64,000 nt of DNA from Syncephalis fuscata S228 (GCA_025786725.1 JAHLTZ010000047.1:80260-144259), one strand, 5' to 3'; counted from the stretch's first letter, positions 24,541-39,777 are shown. Translations and numbers: made by a program. Notes: a model not told the origin generated them from the letters alone.

Positions 24541-25800
24541 TTAGTTTGCTGAACTGCAAATAAATTCCAAAATTACATCATTATATTCGTCTGGATTTTC
24601 CGCATGGATAAGATGACTGCAGCCTTTAAACACCTTTAATGGTGCCTGTAAGATTCTGGCAAGATATTCGGAATTGGTTGGTAAAACAAGACGGTCTATA
24701 TCCCAGTGCAAACAAGCACCTTTAGATTGCTATCCGAATCTTGACTAGTTTCTCCTCAGTCATGTAAGGAGTATCAATAGCCTTGAACTGTGCCTGGTAG
24801 CCTTTATTTATCTTAGCATAGTTATTGGAGTTGATTGATAGCACCATCTTAATAAGTGTTATATATTAAATGTTAATATTACAATTAGCAAACAACATTG
24901 CATATTAAATACCTCTAGTAAAAACTCTCGATTAGTTTTGGTAGAATCCATTCTTGACGGAGAATCTAGCCATTTCTAAATGCAGTTAGTATTGTCTGGT
25001 CGTTTTGCATCAAATGCTGGCAACTTACAGCAGAGTATACATAATCCTGATTTTGCTTGGAACGTGCTACTGGATCTAGATGTGATACATATTCTAAGCG
25101 CCTCTTCATATCCAAGTTCTATATATTCTGAGTTAGTACAGCCTATACAAAGCAGCAAACTATTAATATTTTATAAATGTTTTAACATACCTCTGGGCCA
25201 TCAATGCCAATAAAAGTGCTTGTCAGGCACACAGACTTAAAGTACTGCGGATGCTCGTTGGCCAATACCTGTGAAATAAGTCCACCCATACTGACCCCAA
25301 TAAGATTTATGTCAGATGTCCATTCTAAGTAGTCGAGTAACTCAATGGTGTCCATTGCCATGTCACCAATACTATGTTACAATAAAGAGTCAGATGAAAT
25401 GTGCATTTCAATATACTATGTAATACTTACGTAAAAGGCTCATCAGGAACATCTAATAGTTTAAAATAAATCAATGGATTTGATTTAGTTACTTATACAG
25501 GCTACTTACCGGAGCTACCTACACCGCGATTGTCAAATATACACACTTGGAAATCGTGTTGTGCTAAAAATTGTGCTTGCGATAGCCATGCTTTACCAAT
25601 AAGTCCTAGGCCTGTCGTTTTTTATTAGCGATACTGCCTGCTGATTTACTTGTTGTAATTAATATCATTGATGTTATACCCATAATAAGAATAGCCCGTT
25701 GTGTTCCAGTACCATAGAGTTCATATGATATATTCAATGGACAGGCGCCACGATTGGCAGCCACTTGACAGACCCCTTGGGTGACGGTAGGAAGAGTCAT
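24541..25800 (-). CDS. Alpha/beta-fold hydrolase, multi-exon
   Basis: ISYELYGTG...ILIMG, VCIFDNRGVGSS, MAMDTIELLDYLEW, nucleophile elbow LIGVSMGGLISQ, C-terminal KGCSHLIHAENPDEYN. Confidence 0.85.
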
Positions 25801-28648
25801 AGTGATAAATAAACTTGAATAGAATATAGGAGTAAACTACGTCAGTATAATATTGGATAGTATGAAAAGTGGAAATGTTTAAATGACGTATCATATTTGA
25901 CTTGCTACCTCGTTATTTAAATATCATCATGGCAAGCTACTGGTTATAGGCCTTTGGAGATATGCGTCACCTCTATGTTTGTAGTACACGGGTAGAATTT
26001 CTCAATATAAATACACACAAATAATTTCTGTTTTTAATAAGGCATTGGTTTTTACTTGTTGTTATTGATAGTCAACTTGTTTTTTATTAGTCATTGATTA
26101 TCACAGTTCAACTATAATAAACTAAATAGTTTGTATTGTGCCAAGTAGAAATATAATAGACCTAGAAACGATAGTGTATTTATTGATATTGAATAAAAAT
26201 ATAGGTTTTATTAATTATATCCTTTTTTTAGTTGAGCAGTTATAACAGCATGGCCATAATACCACGACAATAAAACACTAAAACACTAAAACTTGATTGC
26301 TGATCAGATGATTTTAATACATACATTAGTAATATATAGTGCGTTTACTAAAATAATTGTTGCTAATATTAGTAATCAATCTAGTCACAGAGATTTAAAT
26401 TTATCGATCTTTGCTATGTCTAATTCTTACGCTTAGACAATAAAATATAGTAAACTACAGATTAGCTCATAATCAAGTCGTAATGACAATAATACGATAT
26501 TTACAGTAGTGCGCTATGAGCTGATTATTGCTATCAACTATAAAAAACATTTATTTCATATAGAATGCCATTAGTCAAGCACAATATTGTAGTATAGTAA
26601 GGCAGTATTCATGCAACAGCATTATGGATATAGTTTAATACTCGTGTTGAGTGGTTTATTTTTTTAATCATTTAATTCCAAATCAATCAAATTTTAAAGT
26701 AATTCACTAGACATAGGTGTATATGAGTTGGTGTTTTTTGATATCGTCTACTTCTTAAATTCAATTACATGGATGTAATGGGCTGTCATAATGCTATACC
26801 AGTTTATACACAATATATTTCATATTGACACTAGAAATCAAATGGAATACATAGTATTAATAAGATGTCTCATTATATTATGACATGCAAACCAACAGAA
26901 AGACAACTGCGTATAGCGGATAAGGGAGATGTACTTTAGTAAACTATTAAAAAAATAAGCAATTACGTGGTTTAATTAAGATTAATGGAAATCGGTTCTA
27001 GGTCCCGGTACATTTCTAAAGCATTTGTATTTAATTAGCTACCAATATACATGAAATGTGCATAGTTTTGTAATATCATGACTCGTAATGTTAAACTTTG
27101 TTTTAGATATTGCAGCTTATATGATTAAAAAGCGACTTGTCCTTACGTTTCTATATATACCAACAAAAGAGCAATATGATCATAAATAATACTGTTTTTA
27201 GTTGTAAGCTATATAATGTTCTTTTTTTATTAATATTGCATACCAATAAAGAATAAACAGCATAAAATACTATAATTAAGCAGATGCAAGTGCATGAGTA
27301 TCAATGATGAAGCTGTAATATGCATGACAGCAAACTAAGTCAATATCATAATAAATACAGCTAATAATAACAAATGGCGTTTATTAATTATATGTAATAA
27401 ATAGACAATATGCTGCTATCGAATATGATGAATGAATAAAGTGCAATTGAAGAAATAAGAATATGTCGTAGGAAAAGTTTTTGTCATTTAAATTAAAGCA
27501 TTGTAGATAAATAAGAGTGCAGTACTAGTACTTTGTTTTTAAATATATGTTTCACTGCAATTACAATAGCAGCAGTCGACTAAAGCACAAAAAGTAAAAG
27601 CTTATTGTGTAAAAGTACCAGTAACACAAACAACAACTTAGTATTAACTGTAGCGCTATTGTCAATCTACGAATAATAGAAACATCCATGGATATTAAAA
27701 TGACGTTGTTTGCATTCACGGACAACATATACAATTTAATAAAGGTCATAATGTTTATTTAAGAATTTATATTATTAAGCTGTCCAATTAGACAATACTC
27801 TGTCACTAATCATCACAAATGTTGATGCAATACCGTACGATCATTGCTGGCTCTATACAGGAAAGATGTCAAGATAAAAGGTCTGTGCAGCTAAATAGCA
27901 ACATTTAAAAAAGCAGTCTGTTAACAGTTGACGCATTATAGCGCATATCAAAAGCAAAATAACGAATGAAATAGGATTAACTAATATTAATAAACTAAAT
28001 GTAATCCACTTGAGAAAAGTGCAAGCATTGAATATATTGGTACTTGATATATAATTATCCTTGACATGTATTGTTTTTGGTATTCAAAATACAGACAGGT
28101 TTGTGGAAAATCGCTGTATTTAATATACAATGCTAAAAACGGTGACAATCCTGTCATGCATCCAAACAATGATTTTCTTTACATGTATATTATTAAATAA
28201 AATCTATTGGACAGACTAGAGACGATTTATGTGCTCATTCGAATACAGTAACTATTTGATAGCTTATACATTAACAAGATTGAATATGTGAATTGGAAGA
28301 AGTAATAGCGACAAGGTAATGCTGTATCTTACTGTCTAGACAATCATAGACAAGCCTATACTTACGCAGTACACAACGAATTTACGTATTTGCAACAATT
28401 TGTTTTATTCATTATATACAAACAAAAAAATAACAAAATTACACAGCATACAATTGCGGACAATTAGCATCCATAAAAAATGCATTGTCAGTTTCGGCTT
28501 CACGTGGTTCTATTTTAGTACCTTGATAATTTCACATTTTTATTAATAATTCCTGTACAGGTTTATTTTATTCACTTTTCTTGTGTTACTTCTCACGACA
28601 AAATAATTTTGACTTGCTCATTAGCCTAGCAACGCAGTAATTTTAATT

Positions 28649-30407
28649 ATGAATTTGAATATTGGCAACTTAATATGGATGTCAGCAAAGCCAATTTTAA
28701 AGCTGGCCATTATTGCTGGTAAGTGTACAGTAAGTCCACGGATTGCAAGTCTCCTTGGCAATTATTTGAACTGCCGCTGACCAGGGCACATTGCTCATTT
28801 ATTGTAGGGGGCGGTATGGCGCTATCTCGGGCAGGCATTCTAACGGCCTCTGCGTCTAAGAATTTATCCAAGGTAATGAACAGATATGGTTAGTTGGTAT
28901 GTATTGGTCTAATGGCAATTGCTATTAGATTATCGTCAATTTATTAATGCCATGCCTACTTTTTGCCAATATGAGCGCATCGTTATCAAGTGATAATCTT
29001 AAACAGCTTGGGTAAGTGGCTAGGGATGTATGCCTGTTGCTATGCTAGCATCTAATGCTTTCATATGATATATATATATATGTAAATACCAATGATCATT
29101 TATAGTGTTATGCTAGCTGCAAGCGTTTTCTATGTGTTGCTTGGCCTTGGAGCCGGCACACTTATGAAGCGGTTTCTTTGCCCTCCTGCACGGTTTAAAA
29201 ACGGAATTATTGGTTAGTTAGCTAGATGTCATATTTACTCGTTGATCTGACTTAATAAATAAATAAATAAATGAATAGCTGCATCCGGCTGGAGTAATTG
29301 GGTAAATAGCGAGCATTAATGTAAGCTAGTTTAATGAATTATTAACGTGTTTAATATGTTAGGGAGATTTGCCATTGGCCATTATATTATCGGTCGGTGA
29401 TATGGCGCCATTCCAACAGGGAGATTCCATGCTAGGATTGGCGTTTGTTTCGGCACTTATTTGCGTATTTAATGTTACGCTCTTTCCGATGGGCGGACAT
29501 CGAATAGTAGAAAAAGATTTTAAACGGCCATTTTGTCATTCATCAATTGAGCGTAACAACGACGTTTCTGATTTACCTAATGAGCAGCCAATGGCCGAAG
29601 TAGCCCCGATGACTACTTGTCGAAATTCAATACCAAATGAATATAGTATTATGGAGCCAAAGTCTATGCCAAATGCTGATTTGACAATCGAGGTTGAAAA
29701 CTCGGTAGAAATGAATCATGGCATTAATCGTTCTGCAGGAACTAACACCACAAATATTGATTCTGGTAATTAATTTAAAATATGTCTTTGCTTTATTAAT
29801 TGTTTAATAATTAGGCATTACAAAGTTACGGCTATGGGCGTTTTCATATTTTTCCTTAAACTCAGTAAAACACTTTCTTATCAATCTACTATCACCAACC
29901 AATCTCGGTGTATTCTTGGGGCTTATCGTAGCATTTACTCCACCAATACGTCAGCTATTTGTGCGATCATCGGATGCCAATGCATCTGAGCCACCCCTCT
30001 ATTTCCTGCTTGATACTGCCTCATTTATCGGGGCCGGTTCTGTACCGCTAAGTATTACTAATCTTGGGGCGGCACTGGCCAAAATGAAGCTTAAATCTGT
30101 GCATCCATTATCGGCTAGTGGTCTTGCGATTTTCAAACTAATAATTACGCCGATTATTGCAATTTTTGTGCTTGATCCGCTGTTGGTACATGGCCTACAT
30201 TGGGTTGATCCAGCAAGCGATCGTGCATTGCGCTTTGTTTACATGCTTGCTGGTTGTATGCCCACGGCGACCACTTGCCTTTTACTGACTCAGCTTTATA
30301 GCCCGGATGGCCAAGCACGCGAAGTAGCAGGTGCGCTTGTTATTCAGTATGTAGCCGGTATATTAACAATGGTTGGAGCACTTTGTCTTATTATTGGGCG
30401 TATTTAG
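28649..30407 (+). CDS. Auxin efflux carrier (AEC/PILS/ECM3-like) membrane transporter, multi-exon
   Basis: MSAKPILKLAIIAG, KNLSKIIVNLLMPCLLFA, WSNWGDLPLAII, FIGAGSVPLSITNLGAALA, KLIITPII, LRFVYMLAGCMPTATT. Confidence 0.85.
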
Positions 30408-30563
30408 CATTAAACTATAGATTGTATGATTATTAATAATTAAATAAAGATAGCTTAATTTTTAAATGCTAAAATATAAATGCTACTTTCAATGCAATAA
30501 CACTCAAACTATCCATCTCGACAATAATATTGGCATTGAATTAATTTAGTTCGTTATTGTTTG

Positions 30564-30687
30564 TTTGGTGGTCAAATGACTAACATTTAATAACAGCCAA
30601 TCTATTAAACATGATGATGAATGGTGAATGACATTAAAGTTTAAAATACCCATTATCATAGATTTATTATCCAGTATGCATATATCC
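30564..30687 (-). repeat. Dispersed repeat, copy 2
   Basis: Reverse complement GGATATATGCATACTGGATAATAAATCTATGATAATGGGTATTT...TTAGTCATTTGACCACCAAA matches 16303-16420. Confidence 0.75.
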
Positions 30688-31331
30688 ATCATTTAATTAT
30701 TTCATTTTCATTGTATTTTTATTTTATTATCTATTATTTTACGCATATTTAGTCTTGTTTTATTCAAAACTGCTATTTGTTTGGCGCTAACTCTTTTATT
30801 TATATTCTTGATTTATTCACTCACTCATCATAATATACATTATAATCAATATTTATTCGAATTATAGCATTATACTAGCTTACAGTTACATCTTAAGTAT
30901 GAACAAAGCCATACAATAGTACACAGACTATATAAAGTCATGTTTTAATGATCGTATTAAACGGTATAGCCAGTAATGGCCAATATAGAAACGATGAAAC
31001 AACAAGGTGACGTGGCAAATCATCATCCACACAATGGCACACTCAGCCTATCAACGAAGATTTAATAAACAATTAAATTGGTAAATACTCAATGCCGCCA
31101 TCATCACACCCACCGCTTTTCGTACTTTACACCTTACCGCGGTTCCCATTCTCTTTCCATCTCTTTCTTCATACTATTACTGTCATTACCATTGTTAAGA
31201 TTGGTTTGCTGCCAGTACCTACCCCCCTCTTATCTCCCTTCGTGTTTGTTTATTCCTTGAACTCGGCGCACGTGTGTATCTTTTGGTAGGGCAGCGCCAG
31301 CCTTGTTACGCGCTTTCCTCTATTTGACACG

Positions 31332-34300
31332 ATGGCTGAAAAACTGCCTATTCGCTTTCAAGAGCATGTCCAGGTACGTCATCCAAACTCGCCGTTATAA
31401 GGCGCTATATACGTAATGTCATATACGCTAACTACAGATCGTATATAGCTCACAGCTTTGGGCATTAGCCCAAATAATATTGGCTTTGCCACGTTGACGA
31501 TGGAGTCGGACAAGTTTATTTGTATTCGAGAGACGGAAGGCGATCAAAATCGCATTGCCATTGTTGATATGGGCGATGCCGGTAGTCTGATGCGACGTCC
31601 GATTACTGCCGACTCGGCCATAATGAACCCGGCAACCAAAGTGATTGCATTAAAAGGTAGGAATAGTTTGCCTGTCTAGTTGACACAGCTTATTAGAGTA
31701 TTGATCAATTGACTAATAAATACATCTAATTTGTGCATTTGTGCTTTATTTATTGGTTAAACTAGCTGGTCGTCAATTGCAAATATTTAATCTGGAAATG
31801 AAATCCAAAGTAAAAGCGCATATGATGCCAGAGGACGTTACATTCTGGAAATGGATCAATAACAAGACAATTGGCCTTGTCACCGACAATGCTGTGTACC
31901 ATTGGTCGATGGACGGCGATTCGTTGCCAAAGAAACAGTTTGATCGCCATCAGAATCTGGCCGGAAGCCAGATTATTAACTATCGCTGTAATTCGGATGA
32001 AAAGTGGATGGTACTTATTGGTATTTCTGCCCAACAAAACCGTGTTGTTGGTCAAATGCAGCTTTATAGCAAAGAGCGTGGTGTGAGCCAGCCCATTGAA
32101 GGCCATGCCGCAGCATTTGGTGAACTCATACTTGAAGGTTCTTCAGTACCGTCGAAACTATTTGCTTTTGCAGTTCGCACAGCCACAGCTGCTAAATTGC
32201 ACGTTGTAGAAGTAGATCACGCAGAAGGTGCACCAACCTTCCAGAAACGTGCCGTTGACGTCTATTTTCCACCTGAAGCTGTCAATGACTTCCCCGTGGC
32301 TATGCAAGTTAGCCATAAATACGGTGTGATCTATCTTGTGACCAAATACGGCTTTATTCATCTGTATGATTTGGAAACCGGCACTTGCATCTATATGAAC
32401 CGTATCAGTGGTGATACCGTTTTTGTTACCGCCGAACTTGAAGCGACAAGCGGCCTTATTGGTGTTAATCGTAAGGGCCAAGTGTTATCGGTGAGCGTTG
32501 ACGAGGACAATATTGTGCCGTATATCATACAGACGTTGCAGAATACCGATCTTGCCCTTCGATTTGCTTCACGTAACGGACTTCCTGGTGCTGATGATTT
32601 GTATTTGACGCGATTCCAGCAGCTTTTTACTCAAGGCAACTACAGTGAAGCTGCACGTATGGCAGCCACTTCACCACGCGGCATGCTTCGTACGCAAGAT
32701 ACAATTGAGCGATTTAAGCAATTGCCTGCAACACCCGGCCAATTGTCGCCTATCTTGCAGTACTTTGGTATTTTGCTTGAAAAAGGCACATTAAATCGCT
32801 ATGAATCGCTGGAGCTAGCACGGCCTGTATTGCAACAAAACCGAAAGCAATTGCTGGAAAAATGGCTTAAAGAAGACAAGGTAATTAGTTGAATAGTCAT
32901 TGTAATGATATAGCAAATACTTACAGCTGTTTGTTCATTTTAGCTTGAATGCAGCGAGGAATTAGGTGATATTGTCAAGGCACACGATACTATGCTTGCT
33001 TTATCAGTCTATTTGCGAGCAAATGTTCCAATGAAGGTAAATATTTAATAGATAATTAATTAGTTAAATCCAACCTATACATTGTATTATTTAGGTGGTA
33101 GCTTGCTTTGCTGAAACAGGCCAATATGATAAAATACTACTTTACTCAAAGAAAGTAGGCTTTCAACCAGACTTTGTCGTTCTACTACAGCATGTAATGC
33201 GCGCTGATCCAGAAAAGGGCGCAGAATTCGCTACTAAACTCATTAACGATGAAATGGGCCAGAATTTAGACTTGGATCGTGTAAGTAATGATACAAGAGC
33301 GACAATAGCAATGGCTATTATTTTTATTTATATATTTATTAATCGGCTATTATATAATAGATTGTTGATGTATTTATGCAACAAAATCTTATCCAACAAG
33401 CAACCTCATTCTTGTTGGATGCATTAAAAAACAATCGTCCAGAGCAAGGTCCATTACAGACGCGATTATTAGAGATCAATTTGCTACATGCACCTCAGGT
33501 GGCCGATGCCATTCTAGGCAATGAAATGTTTACGCACTATGATCGTGCTGTGATTGCACAACTCTGTGAAAAGGCTGGTCTTTACCAACGGGCTCTTGAA
33601 CACTACACGGATCTGTATGATATTAAACGTACTATTGTCAATACAAACGTGCTTAATCCAGAGGTAAGTAGCAATAGACTTTTTATTCGGTAAAGAAGTA
33701 ATAAAATGCTAACAGCACATCCGTATTATGTTTTTAGTGGCTAGTTAACTTCTTTAGCCGTTTATCGGTTGATCATTCGATGGAATGTCTACGAGAGTTA
33801 CTCAAAACAAATCTGCGACAAAATCTCAATGTTTGCGTCCAAGTAGCAACCAAATACTCAGAACAGTTAGGACCAGGCAATTTGGTTCAATTGTTTGAAG
33901 AGTTCCAAACAGAAGAAGGTCTATATTATTATCTAGGCTCAGTGGTCAACTTTACCCAGGATCCAGAGGTTCACTTTAAGTATATCCAAGCAGCAGTAAA
34001 GACAAATCAAATTCGTGAAGTTGAACGTATTTGTCGTGAAAGCAATGCATACGATGCTGAACGAATTAAAAACTACCTTATGGTAAGTAAAATAAAAAAT
34101 AACGAATTAATATAGATACTTATTATTATTATTATTAGGAAGCGAACTTGGAAGATCAGCTGCCATTGATTATTGTATGTGATCGTTTTGATTATGTTCA
34201 TGATTTGGTACTTTTCTTGTACAAGAAACATATGTTCCGATTCATTGAAGTCTACGTTCAAAAGGTCAATCCGGCTCGTTCTCCCGCTGTTATTGGCGCA

Positions 34301-37133
34301 CTATTGGATGTTGATTGCGATGAGAATATGATTCGTAGTCTCTTAATGTCAATTCAAGTACCAGTTCCCGTTGATGAGTTGACACATGAAGTCGAACAAC
34401 GCAATCGACTCAAGTTAATCTTGCCGTATCTTGAAGTTCGTATTCGTGAAGGTAGCCAAGAATCAAGTGTTTATAATGCTTTGGCAAAGATCTATATCGA
34501 TAGCAACAATAATCCGGAACATTTCCTTAAAGATAATCAGGTATGGAGTATTATATTAATAACTAGTATTTGTAACTTATTCTGGCTATTACTATTATAG
34601 TTTTATGATTCACGTATTGTTGGTAAATATTGCGAAAAACGTGATCCATATTTAGCTTATGTGGCCTATGAACGTGGTCAGTGTGATATGGAACTGATTA
34701 ATGTCACAAATGAAAACTCCATGTTTAAACACCAAGCAAAATATCTTGTAAAACGACGTGAACCTGAATTATGGGCTCAAGTACTGGACACGTCGAATCC
34801 ATTCCGTCGTGCAGTCATCGATCAAGTAGTATCGGCAGCATTGCCTGATTCACAAGATCCAGAAGATGTTTCAAATACAGTCAAGGCATTTATGGCTGCA
34901 AATCTACCTCATGAACTTATTGAATTGCTGGACAAGATCATTATGGAAAACTCGGCCTTTAGCGATAATCGCAGTTTACAAAACTTGCTTATCCTTACAG
35001 CAATCAAGTCGGACAAGACGCGTGTCATGGATTATATTACACGCTTGGACAATTACGATGCACCAGACGTTGCTGGATTGGCCGTTGGCTCTGGCCTATT
35101 TGAAGAGTCGTTTGCCATTTATCGCAAGCATAACCAGCATGCCAGTGCTATTAGTGTATTGCTAGACAATCTCGAAGATCTTGATCGTGCACTTGAATAC
35201 GCTGAACGCTGCGATGAAGCTGAAGTGTGGAGTAAATTGGGTCAGGCCCAACTCAATGCCAACAAAGTTGTTGAGGCAATTGAGTCATATGTACGTGCCG
35301 ATGATCCTAGCAACTATCAACAAGTAATTCAAGCAGCTGATCGAGCTCAAATCTCTGAAGAGCTTATTCGCTATCTGTTAATGGCACCAAGAAGTTGAGG
35401 GAAGCAGCCATTGATGGAGAACTTTTATTTGCCTATGCTAAAACTAATCGACTAGCGGATACGGAAGAGTTTTTGAGTGGACATAATCTTGCTAAGGTAA
35501 ATAATATATGTATTACAATATGTGTATATTAATACTAATTAATTGGCGCTGTTTTTAGATACAAGAGGTTGGTGAGCGCTGCTTTGAAAACGGCATGTAC
35601 GAGCCGGCCAAACTACTATTTGCCAACATCTCCAACTGGTCCCGTCTCGCTTCTACCCTTGTATTTTTGGGCGAGTATCAGGCTGCGGTCGATGCTGCAC
35701 GTAAAGCAAATGGCACCAAAGTATGGCGCGAAGTCAATGCGGCCTGCATTGAAACGCGTGAATTCCGTCTTGCACAGATTTGTGGTCTACACTTGGTTGT
35801 GCACGCCGATGAATTGCACGAACTTATTCAGACGTATGAAAAGCAAGGATTTGTTGATCAGCTTATTGAGCTATTGGAAGCTGGCCTTGGCTTGGAACGT
35901 GCACATATGGGCATGTTTACTGAGCTATCCATTCTTTACGCAAAATACAAGCAAGAAAAGATTATGGAGCATTTGAAACTGTACAGCTCGCGTATCAATA
36001 TTCCAAAGGTTATTAGAGCGTGTGAGGACGCGCACCTATGGGCCGAGCTTGTTTTCCTCTACGTACACTACGATGAGTATGATAATGCTGCACTTACAAT
36101 GATGCGTCATTCAGTCGATGCTTGGGACCATGCTCGCTTCAAGGATGTTATTATCAAGGTGTCCAATCTTGATTTATACTACAAAGCGCTACGTTTCTAC
36201 CTCGAGGAACAGCCGATGCTTATCAACGATCTATTGACGGTATTAACACCACGTATTGATCATACACGTGTGGTTAAACTGTTGGAGAAGTCCGACAACA
36301 TTCCATTGCTTAAACCATACTTGGTTTCAGTTCAATCTAGCAATAATCAAGCTGTAAATTCAGCCTATAATGAGCTATTGATTGAAGAAGAAGACTATAA
36401 ATTGCTGCGCGACTCGATTGATCATTTCGACAACTTTGACAACATTGAATTGGCTCAAAGACTTGAAACGCACGAACTACTTGAGTTCCGTCGTATTGCC
36501 GCTCATCTTTTTAAGGTAGCTAAACAACACTGGTATATCGATGAATAGCAAAGCTAATTATGTAATATATAAATAGAAAAATAAGCGCTGGAAGCAATCC
36601 ATCGAGCTATCAAAGCTTGACAGTCTTTTCAAGGATGCGATTCAAACGGCTGCCGAATCAAAAGACACTGAAGTGGCCGAAGAACTTATTCGCTACTTTG
36701 TCGATACCGATAATCGTGAATGTTTTGTAGCTGCACTTTATGTTTGCTACGAACAAATGCGTCCAGATGTAGTAATGGAACTGGCGTGGCGCAACGGCCT
36801 TACCGACTTTGCCATGCCATTTATGATTCAAACAATGCGCGAATACATGTCTAAGGTATATATATTGCATGGAATATGATCGAGAATAGCGAATACTAAC
36901 ACGATAATGGCCAATAGGTGGATACACTGGAGAAGCAGAATGCTGAACGACAAGCTAAGGAAACAACGAAGGAGAAGCAGCCAGATGGTGGCCCAATGAT
37001 TCGTCCAGGTGGTGGCATGGGACCAGGCGGGCCGTTGATGATTACCTCGGGCATTACTGGCGTTGCACCGCCAAATAGCAATCACATGGGCTCACCTGGA
37101 TTTGGTGGCGCTGGTTATGGTGCGCCGTTTTAA
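31332..37133 (+). CDS. CHC1: Clathrin heavy chain, multi-exon; 1-nt deletion at about 35387
   Basis: [15 protein letters not shown]...[106 protein letters not shown]. Confidence 0.98.
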
Positions 37134-37902
37134 AACAACATGATTACACTTGTTGAATAAACATATTATTCAAAATAATTTACTGAAATTTGTTATAATT
37201 ACACTAATATTCAATGGCTATATTGTTTAAATAATAATTTTGGTAACTTTAAATTGGATTATAAAAATACCAACATTGTAAATTGTTTTTGTATTTTGTT
37301 TACATACCGCTTTCCTAGTCAATTTCTCACTAATCTGACTCGATAATAACAGACATGTGAAGATTATATAACATTTGATTCACAGCTAATCGACTTGTTA
37401 TCAAACCAGAAAGCAAACTCAGACTATTTATTATACAATTAGTTTACGATTTCTTGAATGTGCATATTAAGATTTTTGGTTATAAAATAGCATTGCAACA
37501 AAACACATGTTTTGTTTTAAAATCGTTGATTAATACATAATATTATAAGTTATATCCAATAAGTTTGCGATTGATTATTTAAGTAATAAAGTCAAGCATT
37601 ACTATAAAAATAAAGCATTAATTTTATACTAAAATTAGTCAAGATTCAAAAATACGATCAATTATTGACAATGGTTGATTAGATGCATGTGAACCAAGGT
37701 AGCGTGTATGTAGTAATATACAGCATTAATATTACTACATATTATGAACATGTATGATAACCATACCATTGACCCATTCAACTAGCAGAGATATGGCTCT
37801 ACACAGCTCCACAATTACAGTGCAGTGTATTAATAATTGCCAACTTTTACTCTTTAAGCATATCAATATCATCTGTCGATTTTATACTAAACATTTTATA
37901 CA

Positions 37903-38450
37903 ATGTCATTTATTAACTATACTAATCCAGAGGACACCGAGTGGGTGAAGAACGCAACGAAAGTGTGAAATATTCCTGTAAATCCACTTGACAAAATAGC
38001 AGTGTGTGCTTTTTACGCAACAGCTGCAGAAGCAGACAATATTCCCGGCTTGCGCGAGCGATTAATGGCACGCCATCTTCAAACAATATTTGATATCATG
38101 ATTCTTTGTGGTTTTATTAGCAATTTTATTATAGCCAGCAAGATGGTTGCGCCGCGTCCTCGTTCGTTTATCGCTTGGTGGTGTCTGCTTCCATCGGCGC
38201 TAGGTGCAATAACATGTTTAATATTTGCACTTAACAACTGAGATACTCCTTTAATTGTCGCAATGTGTGGCGGTCTTTTGGATTTTCAAATGTAATATCA
38301 AGTATTTGCAACAGCTTGGTACTGCTTAACAAAGCCTATCTAGTCCTCTATCGACAGAAATGGGTCATATACAGCAGTATTTCATGCTGTCTTTCCATTG
38401 TGCTTCAACTAGGTAGCGCAGATTCCGATCTTTTTTCTTTATAAACTGGT
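37903..38450 (+). pseudogene. Disrupted multi-pass membrane protein gene fragment (lineage-specific family)
   Basis: ATG at 37903 is in frame with ORF 38002 but interrupted by TGA at 37966-37968. Hydrophobic segments follow, continuing after frameshifts as NCRNVW and CNSLVLLNKAYLVLYRQKWVIYS; the frame is then lost. Confidence 0.55.
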
Positions 38451-39336
38451 GAGTACCTGTAAGCAACCATTATATATATATATATCTGACGTAAATTAGA
38501 ACAATTGTTACCACCATATTGGTACGTCACTGTAAAAACATGGGCAAAGCCATTAATCGGTCAAATAACCCCAAAGCGAGTTACATAGAGCATTTGTCGG
38601 AAATTGCAATAGCCAAGTTTTAGAATAGTGCCATTGTATATTTTAATTGTGTAAATGTTAGTAAATTTCCTGTAAAATAAAATGAAGAAAAAGGCTATGA
38701 TGTGATTTAAGTATTGGTGGCGGTCATTGAAAATAATCATAATGATTACCAATATTCTAATTTGAAGTCGATAAACTCCAAGAAACATCAGTTTTTTCGA
38801 AATTGATCTGGTATGGTACCACTTAATCGTAGACTTTTAAGAATATGTCTGAAATTCAAAGCTGCAGTCGTCACAGTGTCATAACCTTACACCATAAAAG
38901 TTTCATGAGTTTTCTTACAATTTTGGTTTGTGCACCTACAAACAATCTAGATGTAAATAAAATATTATTTGTATTCAGTCTATAAATTATAGTAGCTTAT
39001 AAGTTTATGACACTTTACTTTTGGATGATTGTGACGCTGATACGGACGTGGGTTATCGATTATTCTAAATGTTTCTAAACTTCAAGCTTGACAAGTGGGG
39101 CAGGTTTTAGAACTGTTATACTCATTAATTAAAATCACATTAAAACCACTCTTTTAAAGTATACGCTTCAAGCCAGCACCTCAAATAGGTTTTTGAAAAT
39201 TTACATGACTTGCAGATCAGTTACCAAATACCAAAGTAGCATTACTATCAAACTTTAATTTAATCTTATTGACAAGCTTTTGGCCAGCTTGCTGTTGTCT
39301 AATGTACAAACATAGCTTTAGTTTTCTAAATAACCA

Positions 39337-39398
39337 GTTTTGTTTGATAGAGTCTATATTTGTTTGATAAGCGTAGTATAGTGTTAGATATTGGCTGG
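39337..39398 (+). repeat. Core of left arm of a diverged inverted repeat flanking the subtilase (right core 42237-42297)
   Basis: GTTTTGTTTGATAGAGTCTATATTTGTTTGATAAGCGTAGTATAGTGTTAGATATTGGCTG versus reverse complement GTTTTATTTGATAGAGTCTGTATTTGTTTGATAAGCCTAGTATATTGTTAGAGATTGACTG. Confidence 0.8.
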
Positions 39399-39777
39399 AA
39401 ACAGCACGAACAGCAAGCTATTCTTTAAAATTAGATAAATTAACAGATTTTGTTTGACATTGAGACAATAAATATTCTTTTCTTTGAACATCGGGATACT
39501 TTGCTTTCAGTTTCAATTCGATTCTGCGATACTTCTTGTACCCAATATCAAAATGCCTTTAATTTAAAGTATATCTGTAGGTTATTGGCTTTTGAATGGT
39601 GTTGAAGTTATAGTGTGTTTATAGGCAAAATAACTTTATAAAAACACAACTATTTAACCATTGAATTACATTAAATAGTTATCAAGTTGTATAATAATTT
39701 ATTAGCTAATTTATTTGTAAAAGCAATAATGTTAATAAAATAGTGAAATAATGTTAAAAAGTATATATCTAAGCTGT

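Noticed and set aside
23600-28600. A second micro-exon array in other AT-rich intergenic regions (also looked at 37.2-37.9, 41.7-43.2 and 51.5-52.0 kb)
   Set aside because: No periodic AG-N3/6-GT pattern seen by eye on either strand.
35387-35398. Programmed frameshifting or pseudogenisation of clathrin, SET1 and SEC7
   Set aside because: No shared slippery motif; scattered -1 deletions are better explained by consensus error.
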